Shown: positions 1-13,935 of the stretch, piece by piece
How the letters are laid out: each line of letters opens with the position of its first letter
Position numbering within the stretch: the stretch's first letter is position 1
DNA from: Eledone cirrhosa
Taxonomy: Eukaryota
Reading direction: 5' to 3'
DNA length: 64,000 bases
Assembly: GCA_964016885.1 (NCBI GenBank)
Contig: OZ024745.1
Coordinates: 74,772,001 to 74,836,000 of the forward strand
The notes under the pieces: model-generated
What the model was told of the DNA's origin: nothing
Seen by the model: only the letters and a program-made list of their open reading frames with translations
The model's database searches: none
Program-made: the position numbers and the translations under genes

Positions 1-2
1 AA

Positions 3-1469
3 AGTACTTTAACAATACACAAACGGTTACACACAGGAGAAAGGCCCTACTACTGTGAAATATGTGGGAAATCTTATGTCTGTAACAAAAAGTTAACACA
101 ACACAAAAAAATCCACACTGGAGAAAACCTCCACCACTGTGAAATATGTGGGAAATCTTATGTTAATAATTCATATCTTGTTATCCACATTCGTAGTCAT
201 ACAGGAGAAAAACCTTATCATTGCGAAATATGTGGGAAATCTTTTGCTTGTAAGAGTAAGTTGACAGTGCACCAAAATATACATACTAGGGAAAAACTCT
301 TCCACTGTGAAATATGTGGAAAATCTTTTGTCACTGACGGTGCTTTAATATCACACAAAAGAACACACACTGGAGAAAAACTCTACCCCTGCAAAATGTG
401 TGGAAAATCTTTTGTTTCTAGCAGTAGTTTAACCACACATAAAAGAACACACACTGGAGAAAAACTCTACCATTGTGAAATATGTGGGAAATCATTTATC
501 TCTAGCACTGGCTTAACCTCACACAAAAGAACACACACTGGGGAAAAACTCTACCATTGTGAAATATGCGGGAAATCTTTCACTAGGAATTGTCATCTCA
601 CTGTCCACATACGTGGACATACCGGGGAAAAAGACTATCATTGTGAAATATGTGGTAAGTCTTTTATCACTAACAGTCATTTAAAAGTACACACAAACAT
701 ACACACTGGAGAAAGATTTTTTTGTGAAATATGTGGAAAATCTTTTTTTTATAACTCCAATTTAACCACACACAAAAGGATACACACTGGAGAAAAACCA
801 TTTCCCTGTGAAATGTGTGATAAATCTTTCAATGATAGTTCTCAGCTTAAAAGCCACAAAAGAATACACACTGAAGAAAAACCATACTGTGATATATGTG
901 GGAAATCCTTTGTTTATACTAGGAGTTTAACAAATCACAAAAAAACGCATACTGGAGAAAAATATTGCTGTGAAATATGTGGGAAATTCCTTGTTTCTTA
1001 CGATCACTTAGAAGCACACAAAAGAATACACACTGAAAAAAAAATTTGTGAGATATGTGGGAAATTTTTTGACTGTAACAGTCATTTAATAAAACACAAA
1101 CGAACACACACTGGAGAAAAACCATTTCACTGTGAAATATGTGGGACATCTTTCAGTCAAAGAGGTATGCTTAAAGTCCACAAACGAAGTCATACCGGAG
1201 AAAAACCGTATTGCTGTGAAATATGTGGAAAATCTTTTGTAACTAATAGTAATTTAACAACACACAATAAATTACACACTGGAGAAAAACCATATTGCTG
1301 TGGCATATGTGGAAAATCCTTTGTCACTAACAGTAGTTTAACCTCACACAAAAGAATTCACACTGGCGAAAAACTGTACCACTGTGAAATATGTGGGAAA
1401 TCTTTTGTCTTTAATAGTAGTTTAACTTCACACAAAAAAACACACACTGGAGAAAAACTGTATCACTAG
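3..1469 (+). CDS. Tandem C2H2 zinc-finger protein (ZNF-1), 5' end outside the window; about 17 complete fingers visible
   Basis: The frame of ORF 261..1469 is open back to position 3 ([21 protein letters not shown]...). It has repeated CxxC-x12-HxxxH units with TGEKP-type linkers and ends HTGEKLYH-TAG. Confidence 0.92.
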   Translation, partial: STLTIHKRLHTGERPYYCEICGKSYVCNKKLTQHKKIHTGENLHHCEICGKSYVNNSYLVIHIRSHTGEKPYHCEICGKSFACKSKLTVHQNIHTREKLFHCEICGKSFVTDGALISHKRTHTGEKLYPCKMCGKSFVSSSSLTTHKRTHTGEKLYHCEICGKSFISSTGLTSHKRTHTGEKLYHCEICGKSFTRNCHLTVHIRGHTGEKDYHCEICGKSFITNSHLKVHTNIHTGERFFCEICGKSFFYNSNLTTHKRIHTGEKPFPCEMCDKSFNDSSQLKSHKRIHTEEKPYCDICGKSFVYTRSLTNHKKTHTGEKYCCEICGKFLVSYDHLEAHKRIHTEKKICEICGKFFDCNSHLIKHKRTHTGEKPFHCEICGTSFSQRGMLKVHKRSHTGEKPYCCEICGKSFVTNSNLTTHNKLHTGEKPYCCGICGKSFVTNSSLTSHKRIHTGEKLYHCEICGKSFVFNSSLTSHKKTHTGEKLYH

Positions 1470-2560
<1,091 letters not shown>

Positions 2561-3019
2561 GTCATTCTCATTCAAATGTTTTTTAATATAAGCAAATATT
2601 GAGTTCATTTGTTAAAAATATTCTCTTTAAGTAGCTTTAAAAGGGACAAATAACTTTGACATTTCCCTAAAATTTTATCAGGGAAATTTATGAGGAAATA
2701 TCCATATTTATTTGTAAATTATTCTTATTTTAATAAAAATCGTATAACTCTAATATTTGATGATTGGTATTTTCTGGACAATCCAAATTATCTTTTCAAA
2801 ACGACTTTGAAATTTATAACAAGATATTAAATAATAATAATGAAAATTATTGTGGACAGTGCTCAGGTGCACTACAACTCATCAGATGTGCATGTATAGT
2901 AAATAGGATAATGTACAAATGTCCAGAAAGTGAATAGTGTATGAGTCATGATATACAGATACATTCCAAACCCATGCAAGCGTGGAATATGGACGTTAAA
3001 CGATGATGATGATGATGAT

Positions 3020-4165
3020 GCGTGAGTGTGTAGTGTTGGCAAATTTCAGGAAGCATGGTACTTTTGAAGGGTGCAGTGTCCCGACATCTAACAACCAATG
3101 CAGGTAGTTTGTTCCAGGCTTCAGCAAGTCTGAGCGTGAAAAAATGTTTCCGAAAATCATGGGAGCTGTGCTGTTTTCTGACTTTTAGGCATGCCCATGG
3201 GTGTTAGACACATGGAATTCAAACAGGTGCTCAGGGTTATTGTTGGCAAGATGGTTAATAGTTTAGTTGCCAGATGTCAAAGCATCAATGTATCCATTCC
3301 CAGTGAAGCAAGGCATTTAGAGTATGGTAGATGCCTTATGGAGGGTATTTGCTCGATTGCATGTCTCTGAACAGTTTCCATGAGGTCAATATTCTGAGCA
3401 AGATAGGGGTTTCAGACTGGTGATGCAAATTCTAAGTGTGGCTGCACCATAGCTATATGCAGCTTTAAATAGATAGCTGGAGAGCGACTGACAAAGGTTC
3501 TTACCTAGTGATGCCAAGACACCCTCTGCTTTCTTGACAATTTTAGAAATGTGCTTTGTCCAACACAAATCGTTGCTGACAGTAATGCCCAGGTCATGTT
3601 TACAAGAAAACTTCTTGAGTGCTGTGGAGGGAGTATGTGAATGCTGGGTCTTTCCTCCCAAAATGCATGGTGGTATATTTGTCTACAACCAGCTTGAGTT
3701 GCCAGTCCGTGATCCATTGCTGCATTGTGTCCGGCTCTGATTGCAGGAAAAATCTATAGTGTTTAGGACCTGTCCTTTTTATCTCAAGGTACAGCTTGAT
3801 GTCATCTGCATATTTCAGCACTGTGGCATTCTTTAAGTTGGCATCTCTGTCATTAATATAGGCAACAAATGAAAGGGAACTGAGAACAGAACCCTGCAGT
3901 ACACCAGATGACATCTCATAGGGTGAAGAATGCTGTCCTAGAACCATGACTACCTCTTTTCAACTGAGAATGAAGGACTTAACCAGTTATAAAGATCATC
4001 TTTCACACCCATTGCAGAGAGTTTTGCCATAATTCTTTTGTGGGGCACAGAATTAAAAGCTTTAGCAAAGTCAAGATAAACAACATCTACCCATCTAATG
4101 TCTTCAAGAAACTCGATGAGTTGATCACAGCAGCTGGAGTTAGGGATAGCTGAACAAAATCTCAC
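3020..4165 (-). mobile_element. CR1/L2-group LINE reverse-transcriptase relic
   Basis: Fragments VDVVYLDFAKAFNSVPH, SGVLQGSVL, KYADDIKLY, DLGITVSNDLCWTKHI across ORFs 3950..4165, 3600..3947 and 3386..3661. Confidence 0.8.
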
Positions 4166-4399
4166 TATTCATAATTTAGGCAAACTTAAAGATATTGTCC
4201 CTCACATCTTGATACATCTGAGGGAGTTAAAGCAATCCAGTAGCTTGATTTTAGTGACAGTGGTCATATTGCTTCATTGATTGACCAGTTAAAGATATCA
4301 ATGGTCTGTTGACAGTTTGTCAACAGAATATTAAAGAATCTCATTGGTTTGTTGTCTTTTATGCCATGACATCTTCCTGGAGTCCATTGTGTCAACTTC

Positions 4400-5450
4400 T
4401 TTGTTCTTGTTGATAGCCACAAGTTCAATTCCTTGAGGTCATTCTTCACAATTTCATACCATGTCATCCTTGCTACAGGTTTCATCTCCTAGTGCACAAC
4501 ACATTTTTATGCAATTTTTACTCTCCTTAAGCATCACATGACCATGCCAGCACAACCGTCTCCCTTGCACACTGCATTCAATTACGCTTATACTCAGTTC
4601 ATCTGTTCTGTTATTCATGTACACTAATTTTACATTTCCAGTAGAGAATGTATGTTTCATTTCTTTTTAGCCATCACAAATTTTCCATTCAAATTCCATG
4701 TCTCACAGCAGTTTGAACACAAGAATCATACATTGTTGCCAGCTGAGACCACAGCTAACTGAACAACCACTATGTTGTTCTCACTCAGGCTACAATACTG
4801 CTGGTACACCCACCTTCGTTGTGAATGAGGTCACCCAGATAGCTAAAGCTTTCCACTACTTCTTGTGAGCCCTCTGAACATTTGAAAGGGCTTATTTCTT
4901 GAGTGCTCTTACAGTTGAATACTCCTGTGTGCCTGTCACATATGAAGTCTACCTTCTCTGTCAGCCTTCCTATGATTGTATTCTTGTGCATTCATTGTCT
5001 ACCCTAGGTGCATTTTACTGAATTTATATGTACTTTTCTGCATATAGAGAACACCCATTATTCCTGGTGGGGAGCAGAGATCTATTCTGCTCTGGAAAAT
5101 CCTGTTAGCAAAATGTGTACAGTCACAGTTGTGCATTTGTTCTCACTAATGCTTTAAAGAAACTTGAGAATGTCATTATAAGAGACTGTTGAAGGAGGAG
5201 AATACATGGGAGAAGGAGGTCTAGTTGAAATTGATGCAATAAAGGGACTGGCCATCCAGGTTAAGTGGAGTATGGTAAATATATAGACAGGCGAGGCAGC
5301 TGGACCATTAGGGATAGTCATAGAGATGTTAAAAATATCTGGTATGGTAGGGCACACATTAGCCACATAGTTATTATAGTCACTACACCAGGTAAAACAG
5401 AACTAGCATCACCATAAACTGATACAAGAGCAAAGGAACCCTCTACCACA
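4400..5450 (-). mobile_element. Degenerate RTE-clade LINE fragment
   Basis: Peptides EVVESFSYLGD..EGGC and RRLCWHGHVM match the younger RTE copies at 38067 and 29288. Confidence 0.7.
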
Positions 5451-5879
5451 GATCATACAGACTTACCCATGAATTTAGTATGACCATGGAGTATGTTGTT
5501 TTCATCAAAGTACTAATGGAGGAAACAGCGATCTTTTTCTATTTGCTCTTTTGCCTTTGATGACCGTGCTTGTACTGGAATTGAGTGGAGCTGTCTTGCT
5601 CTGGGTTGGGCCAATGACATTTTCAATGCCCTCACATTTTGTAAATGTTTCCTGTGTCAAATGACAACTGGATGCCTCATGTAGTTGTAGCCAGTAGACA
5701 TTTCACACCATCTTGCTGTCTTTGTGTTGTTTCTTGCTATCCTCAATTGTTGCTGTGTGAATATATGTGTGACTGATGTAAGTGGCACTTGAATTATATG
5801 CTTGTGTGTCTGTGTATCCGGTATTGCAAGTGTGGGTATGCAAGTCAGTAGCAGTTATGTAGAAAGGATAGTATCAGAA

Positions 5880-5980
5880 TCAAGCCCCCTCTGCCTTAGT
5901 GAAAAATTTAAGATTTTACAAAGTTTGCCCTCATCAGAAAGATATCTGAACTCTAAAAATGAGCTGTTTATATCTCAAAA
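5880..5980 (+). mobile_element. Penelope-like GIY-YIG C-terminal relic
   Basis: PLCLSEKFKILQ...YLNSKNELF matches the CxLCxxEK..I..LNSxxE motif also seen at ~40390-40475. Confidence 0.5.
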
Positions 5981-6899
5981 GCCACCTATTTTGAACTTGG
6001 AAAGGCCTACCATAAAATATCTAGTTATTTGATCTACTACAGCCATCATCATGTCTGAGATATACCTATGTTTAGGTCCCCTACCTAATATGACACTGCC
6101 ACCATTTGCACCCAACTCACCATACTTCTTTGATTTATACCCTCCTTTCTTCTTTATCACTCTCACTCACCCTCTTCTTTGCTATACTTTACAGGCCATA
6201 TAACTGGGGTAGCTTGGGATCCTACAGACACTCACCCATCCACCCACTCCTATATTCACTGCACAATGCAACCCACAGTCCTATATATATTCACCAATCT
6301 TATGAATCTTCTCTCTTCTCCACTACTCCTAGCTGTCACTTCTAGCAACATCTACAATCCTATACTTGTTCCCCTACCCCCCTCCCTCTATCCTTCAGCA
6401 ACAAATATGTAGCTGCCATTGCTTCCCTCACAGTACCACTCCATCATACTCTCATCCCCCTCCATTATTCCAGCCTCTCTTCACCTTGCTGAGCACACAA
6501 CAATCATCTTAGCATTTGTGCCTTGATAAAATGCACTGTAAAATCCTACTGTTTGTGCCACAATGAAATACACCCAGTGCACCCTGTAAAGTGTTAGTGC
6601 TGATCCCATGATAAAACATGCCCAATACACTCTGTAAAGTGTTTAGGGAACGGTAGGGCATTCAGCCGTAGAAACCATGCCAAAATGGAACGTAAGTGCA
6701 TGATATGATACTCAGACCTGTTTAGTCTAGGAATGTATAACATATCCAATACATGCCACTATGAAAAATGGACATAAAAACCCACAACAAAAATGATGAT
6801 GATGATCAAAGCTATTAAAATGCATATTCTCTTGAGTCATGAAATATATACCAACCTGAACAAGTAATACATGGGTGATTTCTTCTCCAGATGAGGACC

Positions 6900-7215
6900 T
6901 CCATAATGGGATGTTGGTCTTGGCTACTATTACAAGTCAAATTACAACAGAAAAATTGCTAGCCTCCTAACTTCAGTCACAAAAATATCCACCATCCTTC
7001 CTAGCTTGTCAAAAGCAATGAATGTACCTTCCATCAACACTTCCTTCAATAGACCCCCCAATTTTCTCTGTTTAGCTGGTCAGTTTCGCCCCTCTCTACA
7101 TATAGAGCCACAAGACCCACCTTTGCATCCTTAATTTTCCTAATCCAAGTGACCACATCTCCCTCATCACAAAATGGTCCGAGGAAATCACTGCTAACTC
7201 TTATATCTCTTAGTG
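6900..7215 (-). mobile_element. Old gag relic related to the LTR family at 15837/22248
   Basis: GPFCDEGDVVTWIRKIK...VALYVE resembles AFTGEGDVAWLRKVR...ALYLEG of the younger copies. Confidence 0.55.
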
Positions 7216-7299
7216 GATTGATCACACCCATACATATCGCTACATTAACCCCATTGACAAGGTAGTTGGTCACAATTGCTTACACCCTTAATTGTCTTC

Positions 7300-8130
7300 C
7301 CTGTACCATAATCCCTACTTTATTGATGCCCCTACACCTAAACTCCCTTCCATCAATTGCAGTTATACTCTTCATTCCACAGTTATTAACCATCTTTAGG
7401 GTCATTAGGGTTGTTGTGCAGTCCAAATTCACGAGGGCTCTCAACCACTTCCTTCATAAGAACCTCCAATATATGCAACTAATGCAGGATCATCTCGATT
7501 GGCTTCTAGCTACCAACACAGTATCCCACCTCCTATGTCCGTTTCCCTGGCTGCAGCTGTTTCTTATATGTTGCCCTAGTCAAGACACACCAAGGAGTTG
7601 GTATCCCAATAAGCAGTATTCAGATAAAAACAGTGACATCTGAGTGCAGTACCATAGCAACTTGAGGAACGGGAAGTGCCTGCATTTATTAAGTTTAGAG
7701 ATGATGTCTGGGTAAAGCACTCCAATGCATGCTGCATGTCTCAATGGAGGAGGAAATTAGGACAGCCACAAATTCCTCAAATGATGTTTCAGTAGATGAA
7801 ATGCTGTACCATATTCTGGACGTCCACTAGGTCATTGGCTCAGAGAGAATGCGATCAGCACTCCAATCCTGCGAAGGTTGCAGAGGGAGCAATATCCACC
7901 TAAGTGAATGACCAACTTTGACATGGAATGTGTGTGTATAGTAGCAGGTCACACACAGGAAATGAAAGACTGTATTGACATCCCACTAGTAGAAGGGATC
8001 AACTGAAGCCCTCATTCATGGCATTTCATGTGTTTCGACAGTGTGTTTTCGAGTGTGTCATTTAAAGTATGATTCTCAGGTTGTACAACTAGATACATAG
8101 ATGACTAATAAGGACCACCTAAGGTAAGCA
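7300..8130 (-). mobile_element. Highly decayed Gypsy-type integrase relic
   Basis: Scattered frameshifted motifs (VDI..PL.PSQ, P..GNG) on the minus strand; no intact ORF. Confidence 0.35.
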
Positions 8131-9829
8131 ATTTGCATATCCTACCAAAGTTAAGAATCTGGATTATCTATATATAAATTTCTGCGATTCTATCACAACA
8201 CGTAAAGAGAAAGGAGTAGCTTAACTACCTCATACTACTCCTCTCTTTACGTCTGATGCCTGTGTGAATGTATGTGTGCATAAAAGGAAGAAAGGGGATG
8301 GTGAAAGTGTGAATGTATGTCTGTGGTGTGTATTTTTGTAAGCGTGTTTGTGTTTGCATGTTTATTATATACTTATACATATAAATATATGCACATACAT
8401 ATGCGTCAGCGTATGGAAAACAATTCTTGTAATGTACAATGTCCACTCTTGTGAAAGTAGTTTTCCCTGTCCCTGTACAGTATTTTTCATCAGTAATTTA
8501 TTAACTTTCACATTTGACGGTATTTCTACATTTACCTTTCAGTTTGTTTCAGACCAACCACTAGTTGTGTTCTGTTAGTATTTTCTTCATTTCACAGATT
8601 TGTTCTTCCACAATATAAAAGTACTCTCAAGTCTCAAATAATCCCCCATCCTCGCATATTCCACCCCATCCCCTATTATTTGAGTACTTTGATTAGTTGT
8701 AAATTACACATAGGAACATATGGTGGTTGTCAAACATTGGCCAGAAATTCTTTTGGCTACACAGGAAGAATATCTGAAAATGGGGTAGTGTATGACTTGA
8801 TTTTTATCATCTATTCTGTGAGATTTGGCTGTTGTTTCTAGCCAATCAAATGACCTTTTGAGAACTAATATCGGTGATATGTTTCCACCTTACAAATATT
8901 CAAGAAACAAGACAAAAAGGTATGGTTAAGTAATTTCACTATTTATTTATTTCCAACTTATGAACATTTAAAAGACATTTCAAAACAATTATGAAATATA
9001 TACAACTGTTATTTGTTTCTGTCTTTCATATACATGTTTAAGAAAATAAAGTGGATGGAGAGAAGATTGAAAAGTTATATCAATAATTTCCTTCTTTCTA
9101 TCTTATAAATACTTCAGAAAAGAAGGTAGAGGAGTGACTAGATCGATAATAATCTCAAGGAGATTGGTGTCTGTAAAAAGCAATCACCATACATAAGAAA
9201 ATGAAAGTGAGTACCTGATTGATATCATCATCATTTTGACATCCACTTCCCCTGCTAGCAAGGGTTGGACTGGTCCATATAGACCAAATCAGTACTGAAG
9301 CAGAGCCACTGATCTCCCAGGCATGCCAGGTACCTGTATCTTGCTTATGTGCAGTCTCATGCTCCATTGAATGCTCAGAAGTTGTCATGCCTTTGATGCA
9401 ACTGAGTGTCCCCCAACCCTTTGTTTGGCAAGATTTCTATGGTTGGATGCCCTTCCTATCAACAACCACTTTACAGCATGTAGTGGGTGTGTTTATCATG
9501 TGAATCACCAAAACTAGGGAGGTTGTCATGTTCTTGACACGACTGGAGGGTCTTTCCAACCCTTCTATATGTAAATTCTGAATGATTTATTAAAAAATAA
9601 AGGGAAATATAGCAACATGCATTGACATTTTTTTTATACCTGTACTATGTACCTGCAGGGATTTTATATATATAAATTCAGAATGATTTATTAGTAAAAG
9701 AAAAATGTTTCAAATTAATTGTTTGATAATGAATGAAAAAAATATGAAAGAATATAACTGTAACTGATTTAAATAAATATAAAATTAAATTATTGATCAG
9801 AAATTGTCATCTACTTAAAACAAAAGAAC

Positions 9830-10830
9830 ACCATACCCAAGTGGTCAGACAGAGCCCAGGACAAAACTCTATTCCTGTGCATCCACCACATACAAAGTCT
9901 ACATTCTTTGTCAGTCTACTTGAGATCCTGCTACACCTCATGTGCACCCAGTTTAATTTTGTGTACACAGGATAGAATGTCTACATGAATTGAACATTTC
10001 CTTTACCCTGATAGAATCTACTTAATTGGATTATAGTATTTGCTAAGTTTACTTTGAGACCTTTCAATTCCAGGTTCTTCCATATCTGGAATGTCTTCAT
10101 TAATTCTACAGCAGATTCAGCTATAAGAAAGATATTCAGCATATAGATGTTCCCATATGCAGTCAGTCTTAAAAGCTTCTATAGTTTTCTTTATCTGAGA
10201 CATCTTTGACCTTAGAGCAGTTTATGATGATGATCCTCCAATCTAATATCCATGTGGCCTACCATACCAGATATTTTCAACATCTCTATATGACTATCCC
10301 TGGTGGTCCAGCTGCCTTGCCTAGCCATATCTACCACACTGCTGTTAACTTGCATGGCTGGTCTCTCTATTGGGTCTACTTAGAGTAGACCCCTCTTCCT
10401 CTATGCATTTTTTCCTTCAACAAATTCTCATAATGGTATTTCCAATCTTCTTTCTTTTAAGCATTAGTGGGAGAAAATGTGCCACTGTCATTTCAGATAC
10501 ACAACTTGCTAATGATGGGATTTTCCCAAACAGAATAGGTCTCTGCTACCATCAAGGAAAATGGCTATGCTCAATATGCAGAAAGAGAGTATGGATAAGC
10601 TCAACACAGTGCTGTTGGACAGATTTTATCGGCAAAACCAACTGTAGGAGACCCAGCAGTAAACCCCAAGCAAGATGGTTTGATGACAACCATGAGCTTG
10701 GCTAGTCTCACTTGGGGATCCAGCTGGATCTATTGAAGATGAGTGCTTCTGAAAGGACTTTCTGGAAGATGTGCTTGAGGATTCTGCACCCATGACCCTC
10801 CCAGGAATAAGTGGGCAAAGAGGAAGAAGA
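9830..10830. mobile_element. Mixed-orientation degenerate RTE LINE fragments
   Basis: Similar to the RTE relics at 5150-5350 and 19450-19700. The 3' tail accctcccaggaataagtggg is shared with 43195-43215. Confidence 0.5.
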
Positions 10831-11328
10831 AGGTGTATATGACCTCAAGAAGAAGGTGTATATGACCTCAAGAAACTAAACCTCATGAAAAAGATGACAC
10901 AGGACTGAAATAACTGGTGATATGCCATAAAAGACTCATCCACCAATACAAGAACTGTGATGCTAAAAGTAAATATAGTGACAGTGGTAATCAAACAGAG
11001 ACAATATAGGATTTGAGATGACACTTCAGTCTGTTCCAGTTTGTAACAACCTCTCAGTACAACCTGTAACGTGTTAGTGTTAGTACCATGATAATCTACA
11101 CCCAGCCCCCTCTGTACAGTGGTAATGCTGTTCTCGCAAAAACAGACCCAGTACAAACTGTAAGATGGGCATCCAGCCATAGAGACCATGCCAAATTTAG
11201 AACTTAACAGGCAAAGTTGGTTATGACAATCCTTCCAACCTATGCTAGTATCGAGAGGGAACGTAAACATACATGCTGTATATATTTCACAATGAGAGGG
11301 ATTTTCTCCCAGTGTTAAACACCTGCTA

Positions 11329-11502
<174 letters not shown>

Positions 11503-11617
11503 TCATGGAATTCTGAGTGAAAGATGTCCCACATATTTCACAATGATAGTCTTTCTTTCCAGTGAGTGCATGGATAGTAAAATGACAATTCTTAGAGAAA
11601 GATTTCTCACATATTCC

Positions 11618-13606
11618 CTAGTGATACAGTTTTTCTCCAGTGTGTGTTTTTTTGTGTGAAGTTAAACTACTGTTAAAGACAAAAGATTTTCCACATATTT
11701 CACAGTGGTACATTTTTTCTCCAGTGTGAATTCTTTTGTGTGAGGTTAAACTACTATTAGTGACAAAGGATTTTCCACATATTCCACAGTAGTACAGCTT
11801 TTCTCCAGTGTGTAATTTATTGTGTGTTTTTAAATTACTATTAGAGACAAAAGATTTTCCACATATTTCACAGCAATACGGTTTTTCTCCGGTATGACTT
11901 CGTTTGTGGACTTTAAGCATACCTCTTTGACTGAAAGATGTCCCACATATTTCACAGTGAAATGGTTTTTCTCCTGTGTGTGTTCTTTTGTGTTTTATTA
12001 AATGACTGTTACAGTCAAAAAATTTCCCACATATTTCACAAATTTTTTTTTCAGTGTGTATTCTTTTGTGTGCTTCTAAGTGATCATAAGAAACAAGGAA
12101 TTTCCCACATATTTCACAGCAATACTGTTTTTCTCCAGTGTGTGTTTTTTTGTGATTTGTTAAATTACTAGCATAAAGAAAGGACTTCCCACATATTTCA
12201 CAGTATGGTTTTTCCCCAGTGTGTATTCTTTTGTGGTTTTTAAGCTGAGAACTATCATTGAAAGATTTCTCGCACATTTCACAGGGAAACGGTTTTTTTC
12301 CAGTGTGTATCCTTTTGTGTAAGGTTAAATTAGAGTTATTGACAAAAGATTTTCCACATATTTCACAAAAAAATCTTTCTCCAGTGTGTATTCTTTTGTG
12401 TACTTTTAAGTAACTGTTAGTGATAAAGGACTTACCACATATTTCACAATGATAGTCTTTTTCCCCAGTGTGTCTACGCATATGGATACGACGACTATAA
12501 TTCTTAGTAAAAGATATTCCGCATAGCTCACAATGATATGGTTTTTCTCCAGTGTGTGTTCTTTTGTGTGAGTTTAAACTGCTGTTTGAGACAAAAGATT
12601 TTCCACATATTTCGCAATGGCAGAGCTTTTCTCTAGTGTGTGTTTTTTTGTGTGATATTAAACTATTGCCAGAGACAAAAGATTTTCCACATATTTCACA
12701 GTGGTTGAGTTTTTCTTCAGTGTGTGTTCTTTTGTGTGATATTAAACTATTGTTAGAGACAAAAGATTTTGCACATATTTCACAGTGATAGAGTTTTTCC
12801 CCAGTATGTATATTTTGGTGTACTGTCAACCCACCCTTACAAACAAAAGATTTCCCACATATTTCACAATGATAGGGTTTTTCTCCTGTATGACTGCGAA
12901 TGTGGATAACAAGATATGTGTTACTAACAAAAGATTTCCCACATATTTCACAGTGGTAGAGATTTTCTCCACTGTGAATTTTTTTATGTTCTTTTAACTT
13001 ATTTTTACAGACATAAGATTTCCCACATATTTTACAGAAGTAGGGCCTTTCTCCTGTGTGTAACCGTTTGTGTAATGTTAAACTACTTTTATAGACAAAA
13101 GATTTTCCACATATGTCACAATGATAGGGTCTTTCTCCAAGATGTATTCTTTTGTGTATTGTTAAAATGCGATTAGTGACAAAAGACTTCCCACACTGTT
13201 CACAGTGATAGGGTTTTTCTCCAGTGTGGCTGCGTATGTGAATTTTTAGTATGGAATTTCTAAGAAACGTTTTCCCACATATTTTACACTGCAGCAACTT
13301 TTTTACAGTGTGTATTCTGTTATGTGTTTTTAGTTGATTGTTATTGATAAATGACTTTCCACATTTTTTACAATGGTACAGCTTTTTCCTTGTGTGTATT
13401 CCTTTGTGTGTGATAACTTCATCTTGTGAAGAGAATGTTTTACTACAAATCTCACAGTGATATTCACTCATCTTTCTCTCTACTGATATTTGTTCCATAA
13501 ATGTTTCACTACACAAAGGTTTCTCATCATTGTATGTCTCTGTAACTGTATCTATATTGTTATAAACTGTTTCATTAGAATTGTCAAAGTGATTAGCTTC
13601 ATCCAT
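11618..13606 (-). CDS. Tandem C2H2 zinc-finger protein (ZNF-2), 22 fingers with an acidic N-terminal leader
   Basis: Within ORF 11618..13660. The first true ATG is at 13606 (MDEANHFDNSNETV...), the same start as the paralogs. Uninterrupted ORF of 662 codons. Confidence 0.93.
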   Translation of the reverse strand: MDEANHFDNSNETVYNNIDTVTETYNDEKPLCSETFMEQISVERKMSEYHCEICSKTFSSQDEVITHKGIHTRKKLYHCKKCGKSFINNNQLKTHNRIHTVKKLLQCKICGKTFLRNSILKIHIRSHTGEKPYHCEQCGKSFVTNRILTIHKRIHLGERPYHCDICGKSFVYKSSLTLHKRLHTGERPYFCKICGKSYVCKNKLKEHKKIHSGENLYHCEICGKSFVSNTYLVIHIRSHTGEKPYHCEICGKSFVCKGGLTVHQNIHTGEKLYHCEICAKSFVSNNSLISHKRTHTEEKLNHCEICGKSFVSGNSLISHKKTHTREKLCHCEICGKSFVSNSSLNSHKRTHTGEKPYHCELCGISFTKNYSRRIHMRRHTGEKDYHCEICGKSFITNSYLKVHKRIHTGERFFCEICGKSFVNNSNLTLHKRIHTGKKPFPCEMCEKSFNDSSQLKNHKRIHTGEKPYCEICGKSFLYASNLTNHKKTHTGEKQYCCEICGKFLVSYDHLEAHKRIHTEKKICEICGKFFDCNSHLIKHKRTHTGEKPFHCEICGTSFSQRGMLKVHKRSHTGEKPYCCEICGKSFVSNSNLKTHNKLHTGEKLYYCGICGKSFVTNSSLTSHKRIHTGEKMYHCEICGKSFVFNSSLTSHKKTHTGEKLYH

Positions 13607-13917
13607 ATTAATTACTGTGGATTTCTTTAAAGCTGGGAATTGTCTATGAGAATGAATCAATTATGGTTCTGATGGGACAGTTTACATTTGTGGAAATTAT
13701 CCAATGTGGATATTATTCCTTTTTACTACAATTTGTGGATGAGAGTCCTGTCTATATAACAGACATAATCTTGTTGACAAAATGACTTCTATTTCTGCCC
13801 TTGATTCAATGTAAGTTAAACACATATAGAAGTTTCATAAATGATTAGTAGCAGGCGTTCTGGTGCTATTGAAGGTCTTCAACGATAGTTGATGTAATGG
13901 AGGGATCAGTTACCAGA

Positions 13918-13935
13918 ACTGAAAAGTCAAAAAAT
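13918..13935 (-). promoter_or_regulatory. Probable splice acceptor of the ZNF-2 coding exon
   Basis: Minus strand reads ttttttgacttttcag|ttctggtaac. Homology to the ZNF-3 upstream region ends at this point. Confidence 0.6.

Noticed and set aside
919-1149. Antisense and alternate-frame ORFs over the ZNF genes and retroelements
   Set aside because: By-products of repetitive or GC-rich coding sequence, with no independent motifs.
10824-10869. 23-bp tandem duplication (similar 29-bp repeats at ~63850-63930)
   Set aside because: Small local duplications with no evidence of function.
13607-13660. 18-aa N-terminal extension of ZNF-2 in the ORF track
   Set aside because: Starts at a non-ATG codon; the paralogs share the ATG at the MDE/MEE position.
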